In this document: in pieces, positions 12,906-25,830 of the stretch
Layout of the letters: the number at the start of each line of letters is the position of its first letter
How positions within the stretch are numbered: the stretch's first letter is position 1
DNA from: Vicugna vicugna
Lineage: Eukaryota
DNA: 64,000 bases
Direction: 5' to 3'
NCBI GenBank assembly: GCA_013265495.1
Contig: MU058781.1
Location: 5,335,050-5,399,049 of the forward strand
Program-made: the position numbers and the translations under genes
The notes under the pieces: model-generated
The model's input: the letters and a program-made list of their open reading frames with translations, nothing else
Databases searched by the model: none
Told to the model about the DNA's origin: nothing

Positions 12906-14163
12906 AGTAAACATTTTAGGGGTAAGAAAGAGGTTAAGGTCAGCCTCCACTCTCTGTTGGGGGAAAGGGAAGAGCTATCTCTATGTGTGTGTGGGCATGT
13001 GAAGGGACTGGCAACAGCAGGGCAGGACATGGGAACAAAACCCTTCTCTACAGAGTCAGAAAAGGAACCAGAAATGGTCAGGTTAATTTCTTGCAGAAGT
13101 TCTGATCTGCTACAGAGGTCCTGCCCTCTTTGTGATGAAAGGTTAAAGAATCTTCAAAACCAGGCTGTGGAATGTGTCCTTTTAGTTAGGTGAGAGGTAA
13201 AGTTCTGGCTGGGTAATTCCAAACCTTGATAATTCAAGAAGGCTACCCAAATCGTCGGTGCCGGCCTCCAGATCGATACAGATCTCTTCTGCTTTCTTCT
13301 GGCATAAGCTCCTGTTTCCCCTAAAAGCGCTGAGATACACTTCCTATTTTAGTAGATAGTGCCTCCCAGGGGATAAGGCTTCTATTCCACCTCTCCTTGG
13401 AGATCTCTGAGTCCCCTCTCCTGCTCTGAGGCGCCAGAGTCAGAAGGCCCTCAAAGAGAAATTTTGAACTGAGACACTAAGGGGAAAACAAGAGCCAATT
13501 ATAATGATCTCACCTTCCTTCATTTATTTAACTTGTGTAATGACATTTACCCACGTTGAGCGCTATTGCTCTTACCACGTCACGTTGTACCCCATTGATT
13601 TCTGGAATGGAGTTTATTGCTCTGTAGCTGGGCTGCATTTGAGCTGGGGTTCTGAGACACTCATTAATGTTTTGGCCCAAGGTCTTGGCAGTATTAGAAC
13701 TGGGATTTATAGTCTGGCCATTACATTCCACTGTTCCTAGGAAAAGTCTGATTATCTCCATTTTATGGGAGAAGGAATTAGGCTCTGCAGCTAGTTAACC
13801 TGTGGGAGGTTTCTGAACAGGATGTTCATAGCTTGCTCAGCTGCCATACATCTTTCCCTGGTCTTCCCCCACTCCCCCATCCCCAAGACAGTCATGAGCC
13901 TCACCATTGCTGGAAAGCATCTCACCATTTATGAGATCTGATAGGGCTGATGGGTTGGTTCCTGGAATTTCCAGTCATTATTGGGATTTAGGATAAGATA
14001 TCTTTTCTTTTATCCCTTCAAAGACCTTTTCAGGAAGTAGTTAAGCAGGCCTGAAATTACATGCGAAATCGGATGATTTAAAAAAAAAAAGCCCTGTTTT
14101 TCTTTTCTCTCTCTTTACACAAAATGTAAATGTGAAATTTTACATTTCCTGAAATTTACAGCA

Positions 14164-14193
14164 CCCTCTCATCAACCTCCCTCTCATCAACCT
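14164..14193. repeat. 15-bp tandem duplication
   Basis: ccctctcatcaacct occurs twice in tandem. Confidence 0.9.
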
Positions 14194-15404
14194 CTGGTAC
14201 CAGCTTCACAGTGACTCCTCTTAACACCTGGACAGCTGGAGTTCTACAGTATCTCATCATCCTTCCTGTTTAAGAACATACTAAGAATGCAGCAGTCTTA
14301 AAGCTACACAGCTTGGAATAGGATGGGATCCTTTACCAATATGGACGCTTCTGTGACCCAATCCATAGGTAGATACTTGGCTTGCTTTATCCAGTGAATG
14401 GGATGGCTTTTGCACTGGCCTCTCTGACAAGTCTTCTGTGGACCATTGTTCTTGTTATTTTTGTGACAAGTTCAGTGGGGGTTAGGCTTGTAATTTGGAT
14501 AAAGTAGTTCTGGATCAAGATCAAATCTTGGCCTCATTAGCAATATAACCTGTTCCACCAATGTAAGTGGTTAGTGGAATTTGACCAAGAGCAGGTGAAG
14601 TTGGTACTTTCTATTTTATAGACCCCACTGAGGCCCCAGAGGCCTCAAAATACCTTTCCTTTTGTATCACTTTGGCTCATCTTGCCCCCTCTAACAATTT
14701 CTGTTGTGTGACTCCACCAGGTTGCAGTAATTTAAGGTAAGCCTAGGAAATGAATACAGACTGGAAGGAGAGGCTGGCCTTGATGCAGGGGTAGAGAGTT
14801 TCCACGGAACTAGAAAGCAGGGTGCCATCATCCTTGATGGCTGTAGGTCAAAGGCAGGAGCCACCAACAGCTCCATGTGGGTAAGTTTTCAGGGCTGGGG
14901 TTCATTCCTCCAGGGAGACACTCCTGCAAACCAGCCAGAGTTCTGCTCAGGCTCCGGGCTTCAGCTTCAGGAAGAGCCTGAGATCTCTGAGCAGGGCCAC
15001 CCAGTTTACAAAGGACCAGGTACTTGGACGGGAGCCTAAAGAAAGAGGAGGTGGCCCAACTTGATCTATTACACACTGTGCTCAGGGCCATCTCCCTAAC
15101 AGAAGACAGAACAGGTCAGCTCTTTTTTTTTTTTTTTTTTAGCAAAATCTAGGAGTTGATTGACCCAATGCCAGATCCTGGCCTGTTTGATCTTGCACTA
15201 CTCTCCTTAGGTTAACTCATGTTCTCCACTCTGATTTTCCCATCTCCAGAGGTACCTACCTCTCTGTTGATGGCCTGCCAGGAATATGGTTCAGGAAGCC
15301 AACTCAGGTATCTTTTGTCTACTAATTTTACTAGGTGCCGAATAAATGTTAGTTCAGAGATTTTTATTTTTCATGCAGAAATGGATGTCCTTTGAAGTGA
15401 ATGC

Positions 15405-15806
15405 TGTAGTACATCCTCCAGAATCCCTCTAAGGACCAAGGCACTTATTCTTCCAGCTGCTGGAAATGCTGGCTGCTGAGAGCTCACGGGGGTCCCTCTT
15501 CAGGGATCGCCTTGCCTGCAGCAAGCTGCCTTGCTCAAAGTTATTTAACGAGTAGTCAGTGCAGGAGTACAAAGGCTCGCGACCTGGGCCTCAGGTCAGG
15601 AAGTCATCTTGGAAGGGTCATCCCTTCAGAGCTCCCCGCGGGATGGGCTGAGGCCTTTGATGCAGCTGCACCACTGTTCAACTTCTCCTTCTGTCCACTC
15701 TCGCTTCCCTCATCTTCATGCAGGTCTGGCTCCTGAGAGCATTCCCCAGTGAATACCCCTCGCACACAAATCTCAGTCTGTTTTCCAGGGAACCTGGTCT
15801 ATGACA
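15405..15806 (+). mobile_element. ERVL solo LTR (LTR16-like)
   Basis: tgtag...ccagctgctggaaatgctggc...cttcagagctccccgcgggatgggctgaggcc...gcacacaaatctc...gggaacctggtctatgaca. Confidence 0.8.
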
Positions 15807-16142
15807 GCTTTCAACTTGATAATATGTAGGGGAGAATATTAGCCACACTTACAGGTATCGATATAAAATCTGAAATGCATGTAGTCATAGTCAGGAAAAC
15901 AAAATTCTAGCCTGTCTCTGCATCGTCTCTGCCCTCAGCCTAGTGGCTGGGTCTTTTAAGGTTCTACTGCTCCTCAGGGGGCTTACGAGTTCCCAGCACA
16001 GTGCAGCTGCTCAGTAAGTATTCACTGAATAGGGTAATGAAAGAATGTTCCAGGAATTGAGCTTGGTCCTGGGATGAGCTGAATAGGTCTTTTAAAGAGT
16101 TTTCTTTTTCTCTGTGTGATGAGAAGAGTCATCTTTGGAGGG

Positions 16143-16580
16143 TGTATTAATTTCCTACCACTGCTATAATAAAAGGACACAAACCCAATGGCTTAAACAC
16201 TGGAAATTCATTGTCTCACGGTTCTGGAGGTTGGAAGTCTGAAATCAAGGTGTCAGCAGGACCTGCTTCCTCTGAAGGCTTTCGGAAAGGATGGGTTCCA
16301 TGGCTCTCCTCTAGCTTCTGGTGGTTTGCTGGCAATCCTTGGGATTTTTTGGCTTCTTGACACATAACCCTCATCTTTGCCTTCATGTTGCCATGGTGTT
16401 CCCCCTACGTGTGTGTCTACACGTCCAAATTTCCCATTTATAAGGATGCTGGATATTGAATTAGGGGCCCATTCTACCCCAATATGACCTCACCTTGACT
16501 ACTCATATCTTCAATGACCCTATTTCCAAACAAGCTCAAATTAGGACTTCAGCCTATGGATTTGGGGGGGACACAAGTCA
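16143..16580 (-). mobile_element. MaLR solo LTR (MLT1C-like)
   Basis: tgtattaatttcc...ttctggaggttggaagtctgaaatcaaggtgtcagcagg...gaccctatttccaaa...ggggacacaa. Confidence 0.85.
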
Positions 16581-16855
16581 ATTATCTTCTACGGAAGTTC
16601 TATTTTTTTTGGATCTGGAATCTCAGATTTTCCACCAGTCCCTGTGTTAGAAATGCTGGGGCTGCAGAGGGACTGGGGGAGAGAAAATGTAACTTGCAGC
16701 AGTGGGGTCTGAGTCAGAGGGAGTTGGGTTTTAGTAAGCAGAGGAATGAGATCTCTGAAAAGCCTCATCTTAGACACCAGGGTCTGGCTGGGTTGGGAAC
16801 AGTTTTCATGCACTTGGTTTTTGGACGCAAGCACATGAAAGATGTACCATCCTTT

Positions 16856-17551
16856 AACTGATGCAGGTACTCCACCTTTAAGGAAAGGAGTGTAACTCCT
16901 CACTCCTTAAATGGGAGCTGCACATAGTGATTTCCTGCTGGCATGTACTGTGTGGAAAGAGGAAAGAATAACTTTACAGTAGAGAAACCTGACAAACACC
17001 ACTTCAGCAGGTGACCAAGGTCAACTTGGTGATAAGTCATGTTGATCGTAGGTACCACGACATGATGTGATGAAAATGGGACTTACCTCCGTGTCCTTTC
17101 TCCCCAAAACACATAACACCAGTCTCATCATGAGAAAAACATCAGACATCCCACAACCGAGGGACAATCTACAGAATACCTGACCTATATGCCTCAAAAC
17201 CATCAAGATCATCAAAAACAGGAAAAGTCTGGGAAACTTACAGCCAACAGAAGCCTCAGGCGAGATGGTGATGAAGTGTAAATGGTGTGTCCTAGACGGC
17301 ATCCTGGAACAGAAAGAGGACAGTAGGCAAAAACTAAGGAAATATGAATAATTATGGGTTTTAGTTACTATTAATGTATCAATATTGGTTAATTAATTAC
17401 AAAAATGTACCATATTAATCTAAGAGGTTCATAATAGAGAAACTGGGTAAGGGGTACATACAGACTCCATTTTCACAACTCTTCTGTAAAAATGCTAAAG
17501 AAAACTTCTAAATCTTCTAAAATAAAAACTTTTTAAAAACTGAATTTAAAA
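16856..17551 (+). mobile_element. Old L1 3'UTR (L1MC1/2-like)
   Basis: aataactttacagtagagaaacctg...atcatgagaaaaacatcagaca...gtatcaatattggtt...ttctaaaataaaa; flanked by gtaccatcct copies. Confidence 0.85.
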
Positions 17552-17562
17552 AGTACCATCCT

Positions 17563-17864
17563 AAACTTCCAGTCGAAGGTGAAAAAGTACTAGGAATATA
17601 GTGCACAATATAATGACTACAGTTAATGCTGCTGTCCATGGTATATGAAAACTGTTTAGAGAATAAATCCTGAAAGTTCTCATCACAAGGAAAAATATTT
17701 TTCTTTTTTTCCATTTTATTATATCTGTATGAGATGATGGATGGTAACTAAACTTATTGTGGTAACCATTTCACAATATATGTAAGTCAAATCATGATGT
17801 TTTACTACTTAAACTTATATGGTGATGTATTTAATTATATCTCAATAAAACTGGGAGTGGGGGG
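17563..17864 (+). mobile_element. L1 3' end (L1MA9/L1MB-like)
   Basis: aagttctcatcacaag...aactaaacttattgtggtaaccatttcacaata...tatatctcaataaaactgg; TSD agtaccatcct at 17552-17562 and 17865-17875. Confidence 0.85.
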
Positions 17865-18365
17865 AGTACCATCCTTTGATTATGTTCTCTAAGTACTGAA
17901 AAGTCAATTCTGTGTTGAAAGGTTTACCTTTACTTTCACTGGACTTTGACTCTTTTGAGCATATCCTTAGCCATACACTAAAGTTTAATGGTGATACCAT
18001 GTCTTTGTCACTAGTCTCTGTCTTTAAGGTAGTGCTACCTACATATTTGAGATTCCCTCAAGAGACATGTCTTTGTGCATCTAATCCAGCCTTCTGCAAC
18101 TTTCCCTCTTCCAAATGTCTCAAGTTATCCACCTTGACTGCATATGGAATCACCAGGGAAGGTTTTGCAAACCTGTTGCCCAGGCTCCACCCAGCTCCCA
18201 GGTGATCCAATGGGCAGCCCAGGTTGAGAACCACCCCCATGTGCTACTCTCCCTTGGATGTGATCTATGTTATAGGTAGCTCCTACCTGTCCCACTAACC
18301 ACAGTTCCACCTTTTACTCCTACTTTAAAAACTAGGTAATTTTGCATTTCAAAAACTTTAATAAA

Positions 18366-18432
18366 GGTTTTCTTTTTCGTCCTTTTTTTTTTTTTTTTTT
18401 TTTCAACATTTTCTAGTTTTTTTTTTTTTTTT
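18366..18432. repeat. Double poly-T tract
   Basis: Two long T runs separated by caacattttctag. Confidence 0.85.
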
Positions 18433-19387
18433 GACAAATATTTTTGTCTCACAGCTACTCAAGAGCAGAAGGCAGGAAAAAGGTTGTTTATTCTCAGGGG
18501 TAATATTTAAAAGCAAGCAGGCACGCTGACCAATTGGTGGAGGTAGATAATCAGTCAGTGGCATGGGTCGAATATTAGCCCTGTTGATTCCTCCTTCATC
18601 TCTGTTTAACTAGAGAACTAAAAGGAGATGCTATGGAGGGAAAAGAAAGAAATATGATTCTCTGTGCTCTTGGCTTGCTTAGTGTAACAGGAGGACTGAG
18701 GTCCCTGAGAAACAAAACCAGAGGCTTTAGCTCTTTTCTGCCCCCTTAGCAGAGGGGGACAACAGGTGGGACCCCAGGACTTTGAGAAGGAAGCAAGATG
18801 GTGGTTACTCCATCTTGAATTAATTTGCTCCAGGTTTTACCCCTAAGATTATGATTTGTGACCTTCTGATGCTTTCCTGAAGTTATCGCCTCTGGGAAAC
18901 ATATCCAAGTCCCACCTTTACCCTGTAACAGAATCAAGGCTGAATCCAGCGAAGATTCTGCCTGTTCCCTTCGCCAGCATGATACGAGGATAAAGAGGTT
19001 CAGAGTCCAGGTTTTTCATTTTTTTAACCTGGACCTTGGAAGCCAAAGCACAGACCTGCCCAGGTTTATCTTCCTCCATTACTGGCCAATTATTTTGACC
19101 TCCTGACTTTGCATCTGGCCAAGAATCCACAGGCAGCTCCAGGGTTACTTCCTTGAGCAAATGTTGATCTAACCTTTTGGGCCTCCTGACACTGTTATGA
19201 AATCCATTCCATCAGAAACTAAGTTGTTAAAAGAGGGAGAACTTTGTTTTTGTTTATTGTTTGTTGTTCAGAGAGTATTTACAGGAAACCTCTCTATCAC
19301 TCTGCCACACGAATCAACCCACCTGTTGCCACTTTCACAAGCTAGGACCGGAGGAAAGATATTCTTTGTTTTAGAAAGAAGGTTCTA

Positions 19388-20719
19388 GAATTCAGCAAGA
19401 TGGCAGAATAGAAAGATGCTTGTAGCTCACCCTCTCCCACAAATACACCAAAACTCACATCTACGGACCTACTCAGCCAACCAGAGCACCTGCTGAACTC
19501 CGACAGAACATCGCCCTCTTTGAAAGACAAAGACGCCAAAAATCCGGTAGGAGATAAGGAAAAAAGAAAGAAGAAAAAGCAAAACAGTGCAGGACCGGTA
19601 CCGTTGGGAGGGAGCAGCAAAGGAGGACTAGTGCTTGTTCGCTGGGTCTCCCCTCTCCAATGGAGAGGCCAGTGGGATGGAGGGGGAGCCTCCGAGGCTC
19701 GGATCTGCCCCGAGCACCCCTTGACCAACAGAACTGAGTTAAACAGGCACAAAGGGTCCCTGCGACACCTAGCCCGAGATGCGAGCCAGCAGCTGGGGCC
19801 AGGACAGGGCACCCGAGCTGGGCAGAAGACTGGGGCGGCTGCACTGAGGCAGCCCCAGGGGACTGCAGGGGGCTGCGTGCTGTGGCTGGGAGGGGATACG
19901 GAGCAGAAAAACCTCGGTCCCCCATAAATTGCAAAAAAAAAAAGCAAAGCAACACAGGCTGGTGTGCCCTGGGGGCGAGGGGCACCGTAGCCTTTGTCTC
20001 CCCAGACAAAGATGCACCGCCATTACTGGCGCATCTCGCGAGAAGAGAGGCGGGGCTCAGACACAGCCCCCATCTCCTCCTGTGCACAGCACCCTGGTGG
20101 GGGCGGGGCCGAGACCTGAATCCGCACCTAAGGCTCCGCAACCTAGTATGCAGGGGTGAGACTTGTTTACAACCTGAGGCAGATAGGATCTTTCTGACCT
20201 GGCATCTCAGAGAACTTGCGCCACCAAGACAAACAATGAGCTGAGATTTGGTATGGAGCAGGGACAGGCCGTTCCACGGTCTTCCCCGACCCCGCCTTCG
20301 GTGTGTCCACCAGAGGCGGAGAGGGCAGTGCCAGGAGAAGGCAGGTGGCCACCCCCCTTCCTGGCAGGAACGCAGCACCTGACCACGGTGCTGGGAGGGG
20401 GCACAATCTGCCCACCTGCTTCCCCCTGAGAGCAGCATCTGACTGCAGCATCAGGAGGGGGAGTGACCAGCCCACCCACTGGGAAAGAGCTCAGCTCCTG
20501 ACCCAGTGTTAGCAGGGGGCTCGATCTGCTAGCCAACAGCCACTGGGAGCAGCACAGACGAAGGTGCCAATAGAAGGCCTCTGGAAACAGCAAGCTGATT
20601 TCATGAAACAGGGCAAAGACACAAAGACCTCTTGATAAAATCATTAAGAGTACACCATCTCCAGGAGAACTAGATAACTGATACACCTTAAGCCACAGTG
20701 CCAGAGAGATGTGAGCAAT
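19388..20719 (+). promoter_or_regulatory. L1 5'UTR internal Pol II promoter (GC/CpG-rich) with a YY1-type site
   Basis: caagatggc at 19396-19404, at the element start as in mammalian L1 promoters. This is the most CpG-rich stretch of the window. Confidence 0.7.
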
Positions 20720-21601
20720 ATGAAGAAGCAGAGGAACCACTCTCAATTAAAAGATCAAGAGAAATCCCCTGAAAGCACGATCAAGGAAATAGACATTGAT
20801 GGCCTACTAGATCAAGATTTCAAAAAATGACTGATCAAAGTAATGAAGGAACTGAAAGAAACAGTGTTTAGAGATATAAAATATGTCAAAGATGAAATAG
20901 AAGCTATAAAGAAGAACCAAGTAGAATTAGTAAACTCATTTGCTGAAATGAGAGCTGACCTAAAGGCTGTAGAAAGCAGGCTAGATAATGCAGAGGAACG
21001 AATAAGTGACCTAGAAGAGAGGACAACAGAAAGCACCCAATCAGAACAGCTGAGAGAAAAACAAATAAAAAACAATGAAAACAATATAAGGGACCTATGG
21101 GATAATATAAAGCGTGCCAATCTATGCATAATAGGGGTTCCAGAAGGGGAAGAAAGAACAAAGAGGATTGAAAAGGTCTTTGAAAAAATCATGACTGAAA
21201 ACTTCCCAAACCTAAAGAAGGAATCAGATACCCAAGTACAGGAGGATCATAGGGTCCCAAACAGGAAGAACCCAAACAGACTCACACCAAGACATATCAT
21301 AATGAAGATGGTCAGAGTCAAGAATAAAGGATCCTAAAGGCAGCCAGAGAAAAACAAAGAGTGAGTTACAAAGGAACCCCCATAAGGCTCTCAGCTGATT
21401 TCTCTACACAAACACTACAGGCCAGAAGGGAGTGGCAAGATACATTCAAAGTCCTGAATGAAAAAAAGATGCAGCCTCTATCCAGCAAGGCTATCCTCTA
21501 GAATAGAAGGAGAGATAAAGAACTTCACAGACAAACAAAAACTAAAACAGTTTAGCAACACTAAACCCATGCTAAAAGAAATACTGACAGGTCTACTCTA
21601 A
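20720..21601 (+). pseudogene. Disrupted L1 ORF1p (coiled coil, RRM, CTD)
   Basis: ATG at 20720 (MKKQRNHSQLK), in-frame TGA at 20828, then ...AEERISDLEER...IRDLWDNIKRANLCIIGVPEGEE...TPRHII. Small deletions near 21325 and 21478; TAA at 21599-21601. Confidence 0.92.
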
Positions 21602-22429
21602 ATAGAAAAGAAGCAGGATGCTACAAAAATGAGAAACTTATAACTGGAAAGAAGATAACTGCCATGAATTACAAAAAGAATAAACACAAAATTGTAAAAG
21701 AAGATATCTAAATCATTAAGAGTGGGAGAGGGAAGCAAGGAAAGCCACTGTGGAAAACAGTATGGAGATTCCTCAAAAGACTAGGAATAGACTTACCATA
21801 GGACCCAGGAATCCCACTCCTGGGCATATATCCAGAAGGAACCCTACTTCAAAATGACACCTGCATCCTAATGTTCATAGCAGCACTATTTACAATAGCC
21901 AAGACATGGAAGCAGCCTAGATGTCCATCAACAGATGATTGAGTAAAGAAGAGGTGGTATATTTATACGATGGAATACTATTCAGCCACAAAAACCGACA
22001 ACATAATGCCATTTGCAGCAACATGGATGTTGCTGGAGAATGTCATTCAAAGTGAAGTAAGCCAGAAAGAGAAAGAAAGATACCATATGAGATTGCTTTA
22101 TGAGGAATCTAAAAAACAAACAAACAAAGCATAAATACAAAACAGAAATAGACTCATAGACATAAAATACAAACTTGTGGTTGCCAAGGGGGCGGGGGGT
22201 GGGAAGGAACAGAGTGGGATTTTAAAATGCAGAATAAAAAAGATTATACTGTATAGCACAGGGAAGAACACACAAGATCTTGTGGTAGCTCATAGTGAAA
22301 AAAAAATGTGACAATGAATATATACATGTTCATGTATGACTGAAAAATTATGCTCTACACTAGAATTTGACACAACATTGTAAAATAACTATTACTCAAT
22401 AAAAAAATGTAAAAAAAAGAAGGTTCTAA

Positions 22430-23340
22430 TACCCTATTCCTGTTTTTAAATTTCTTTTTACATGCTTTCCTGTCCATTAATTCTGATATAAAATATTTAT
22501 AACAAGTAACAAAAACAAAAATTAATTTTGTCTGCATAGTGCCTTTCCTTTCATTTCAAAAGTTTTTAAATGAATCACATATATTCACAAGCTTGTTTTG
22601 CTCATTTCCTTTTTCCTTCCAGTCTTTTAAAAAATATTTTGATAAGCTAAAAACATATTTCTAACACTAAATATCTTTAAAACTTTAAAGGCCCAAAACA
22701 AAATACAATAGCACAAGAAGCAAAGATGATATTTAGTTCAAATAAACACATCCTACTTTTTAAAAATTGAAGTGGTGTTCATTGTAATCTACATAACTGG
22801 TTTAACTGCATTTTCCAATAGTTTTGCAGCCTGAATGCATCTGCTGACAACAGTTAATTCTGTCAAATATTATTACCCCAAAGTTTCCTTTTGTAGTTTC
22901 TAATTCAGTTTAATTTGGAGAAAGAATATTTGCCATAGATAGAACAACAATGAAAGATCATATTTTAGTAAAGCTTTATTTTCTAATAAGTGCTACTTTA
23001 TTTTATAATAAGTGTTTCAGCAAATTCCTCGTTACTTGTAATCTTTTTACTATCACTTGTTAATGAGTTTATGCAAAGCAGTAAGACTTTCGTAAATGAT
23101 TCATTATTCACTTAAAAATTTTCGTGCTTTCTGAGTGTTCGTCATAATGAATCTTTTAAATAACTATTTTATTGAAAACAAATTTAACCAAAGAATAGTT
23201 TTGCTTATTTTGAGTTGCATGTTGCAAAATTGCCATGATACTGACTTGATGAGGATTTCCTTTTCTGATTATTTTTTAAATTAGGAAAGTAATATTTGCT
23301 TCTGTGTTTTGGAAGATTCAAACAGCTCCCCATTCATTCT
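22430..23340 (-). mobile_element. Possible ancient hAT-Tip100 (Zaphod/Arthur-like) transposase remnant
   Basis: AT-rich. Minus-strand pieces translate as CYCILF and FKDWK, similar to the TTF-type zinc finger of hAT transposases. Confidence 0.35.
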
Positions 23341-23369
23341 CTTTTATTAAAGTTTTTTCTAATGTTTCT

Positions 23370-24700
23370 TTTTGGAAGTATAACCCATACAGAAAAATGT
23401 CCTAAGTGTACAACTCAGTGAATTATAACAAAGCAAACACCCCACTGAACAACCATGAAGATCAAGGTGAAAAACATTACAGCAACCCAGAAATCACCCC
23501 TCCCAATTGCTGCCCCCTCTTCCTCCTCAAACACAACCATGCTCTGACTTCTAACACTAGAGATGATTTTTTTCTATGTTGTACTTTATGTAAATGGAGA
23601 CACACTATATGAATTCCTGTCTGTCTGACTTCTTCATTCAACATTAATGTTCGTGAGATGCATTTGTATCATCATGTACAGCTAATGACATCCACTATTT
23701 GTGTGTTCATCTCACAAGTAAGCCGTCCTACTACTGATAGATAGTTTGGTTGTTTCCAGTTTCGGGCTTGGGATGGTTAATTTTGTATGTCATTTTTGAC
23801 TGGGCTTCAAGAGGCCCAGATATTTGGGCAAACATTTTGGATATTTCTGTGAGGATGTTTTTGGATGAAATTAAGATTTAAAGCTGTCGACTGAGTCTAC
23901 AGATTGCCCTCCTAACATGTATGGACCCAGTCCAAACAATTTAAGGCCTGAATAGAACAAAAAGGCTGACCCTCCCCTGAGTAAGAGACAATTTCTCCTG
24001 CCTGACTACCTTCAAACTGGGACATCAGCTTTTTCCTGCCTTCAGACTCAAACTGAAACGTCAGCTCTTCCTGGATCTCAAGCCTGTCAGCGTTTGGACC
24101 AGAATTACATCATCAGCTGTCCTGGGTCTCCAGCCTGCAGATCTTCGGACTTGCCAACCCCCATAGCCACGTGAGCTAATTCTTTACAGTAAAATCTCTT
24201 TATAGATACAGCCTGTTGGTTCTCTGGGGAACCCTGACTAATCGAGAGCTCTTATTCATAATATCACTGAACATTTTTGAACGTGTCTTTTGGTGCACAT
24301 GTGCACTCATTTCTCTTAACTACATGTCTAGGAAGAGAACTGCTAGGTTAAAAGGTAAGCATGTGTTCACCTTTAGTAGATACTGGCCAACAGTTTTCCA
24401 AAAGTGATCATGCTAGCTCTCCACCAGTCGAGCGTAAGCACTCCCCTGGTTCCACACTCAGGCCAACTTTGGTGTTGGCCTTGGGGTTGTCAGTCTTCCA
24501 AATTTTAGCAATTCTGTTGGCTGTGTCAGGTATTGCACTTTGGGTTTAACCTGCATTTCATTGATAACTAATGCGGTTGAGCTCCTTTTCATGTATTTAT
24601 TGGACATTTAGTTATTCCCTTTTGTGAAGTGTCTGTTCAAATCTCTCATCTATTTTTCTCTTTGGTTGTCTTTTTTCTTGATAAGTATGATGAAGTTTTT
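23370..24700 (-). mobile_element. Old L1M 3' region split by an MLT2 LTR
   Basis: aagtgtacaactcagtgaatt...tttggttgtttccagtttcgggct, resuming as tgaacatttttgaacgtgtcttttggtg...ttccaaaagtg...tgtgaagtgtctgttcaaatc. Confidence 0.8.
23769..24243 (+). mobile_element. ERVL solo LTR (MLT2B/C/D-like)
   Basis: gatggttaattttgtatgtca...cccagatatttgg...ggcctgaatagaacaaaaaggctgacc...aaccctgactaat. Confidence 0.9.
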
Positions 24701-25216
24701 TCACCCACGTATTGACCACCTTTGCTCAAAGTTGTTTCACTGTTCACTTTAGTTAAAGGTAGTATTTTTGACTCATAATGAAAGATGAAAATTTTAGCCC
24801 ACCTGTGCTGTCTCCAATGCTTTTCCTCTACCTCACAATTTGCGTTATAATTGTTCTAGTTTTTGTCTTAAAATTTTACATACACTTAAAACTTCTATTT
24901 TGTGATCAAATTTAGAATCTACTCATTCCTATGTAAAATAAGTCACCTAGAAAGGTCCTTCACTCACATTAGACATTCAGCTAACACTTGCTGAAAAAAA
25001 GGATTAAGAGGCTAGAGAAGATAATTACATCTGTATTTCTCTCCCAGTCTTCTACACACTGATGCCAGTAATATCATTTTGTTTACATTTTCAGGGTTTA
25101 TAATGTTTACATTGTGTTCTATATTATGGTTGCCTTCCACATTGTATCCATAGGTTGATTTTTAAAAATTCAAGACTAATGAAAAGCAATATGATCATTA
25201 TGATCACAACCATCAC

Positions 25217-25830
25217 TGTGATGGATTGCATTTCCCCAAAATGGCTGCAACAGTATTTCCAGCCCCACATGTTCCTTTAGAATCACTCTCCCATCAAGAG
25301 GTGGAGTCTGTCCCCACTGCCCTGGAACTTCAGTAGCTTCTGTTGGCTGTCTTGCCTAACAGAGTCCAGGGGAAGCGATGCTCTGTGGCATCTACTACTT
25401 AGCAGTCTAAGTCATAAAGGCAACAAAGCTTCTGAGCTTCTACCTGGTTCTTTCTTGGAACATATGCCTTTGGAACCTTGAGCCATTATGAAAGAAGTCT
25501 GACTACCTTGAAGCTGCCATGCTGAAGAAACCACGTGGGTAGGGCTACCTCTACATAGAGAGAGACACCAAAGAATTCGCAGTCCTCATCTGTCAGCCCT
25601 CTCATCTTTCCAGCTCAGGGACCAGACATGTGAGGGAGGGAGCCTCCAGGATGACCCCAGACCCAGATGCCATCTGACTGCAACCTCACAAGATGCAATA
25701 AGCCAGAACCACCTGGCTGAGCCACTCCCAAATTCCCTGCCCACAGAAAGGATGAGAGATCATGATTGTTGTTGTTTTAAGCCGTAAGTTCTGGAGTGAT
25801 TTGTTATGCAGCAATAAGATAACCAGAACA
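25217..25830 (+). mobile_element. MaLR solo LTR (MLT1F/G-like)
   Basis: tgtgatgg...cccatcaagaggtggagtct...ttatgcagcaataagataaccagaaca; 5-bp TSD atcac at 25212-25216 and 25831-25835. Confidence 0.9.

Larger units (their letters stand above)
19388..22415 (+). mobile_element. L1 with 5'UTR and ORF1 but nearly all of ORF2 missing (half-L1-like)
   Basis: 13-bp TSD aaagaaggttcta at 19375-19387 and 22416-22428. GC-rich 5'UTR, ORF1 at 20720-21601, then a junction at about 21743 into the last ~370 nt of ORF2 (stop at 22110-22112), 3'UTR and A-tail. Confidence 0.95.

Noticed and set aside
14821..14886. Donor TGG|gtaagt as the end of a coding exon
   Set aside because: No polypyrimidine acceptor upstream; isolated donor matches are common by chance.
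18366..18432. Poly-T tracts as an antisense retro-insertion tail
   Set aside because: No element body or TSD could be identified.
19342..20746. Long overlapping ORFs on both strands (321, 201, 179 and 135 aa)
   Set aside because: All lie in the GC-rich L1 5'UTR, where stop codons are scarce. No recognisable domain.
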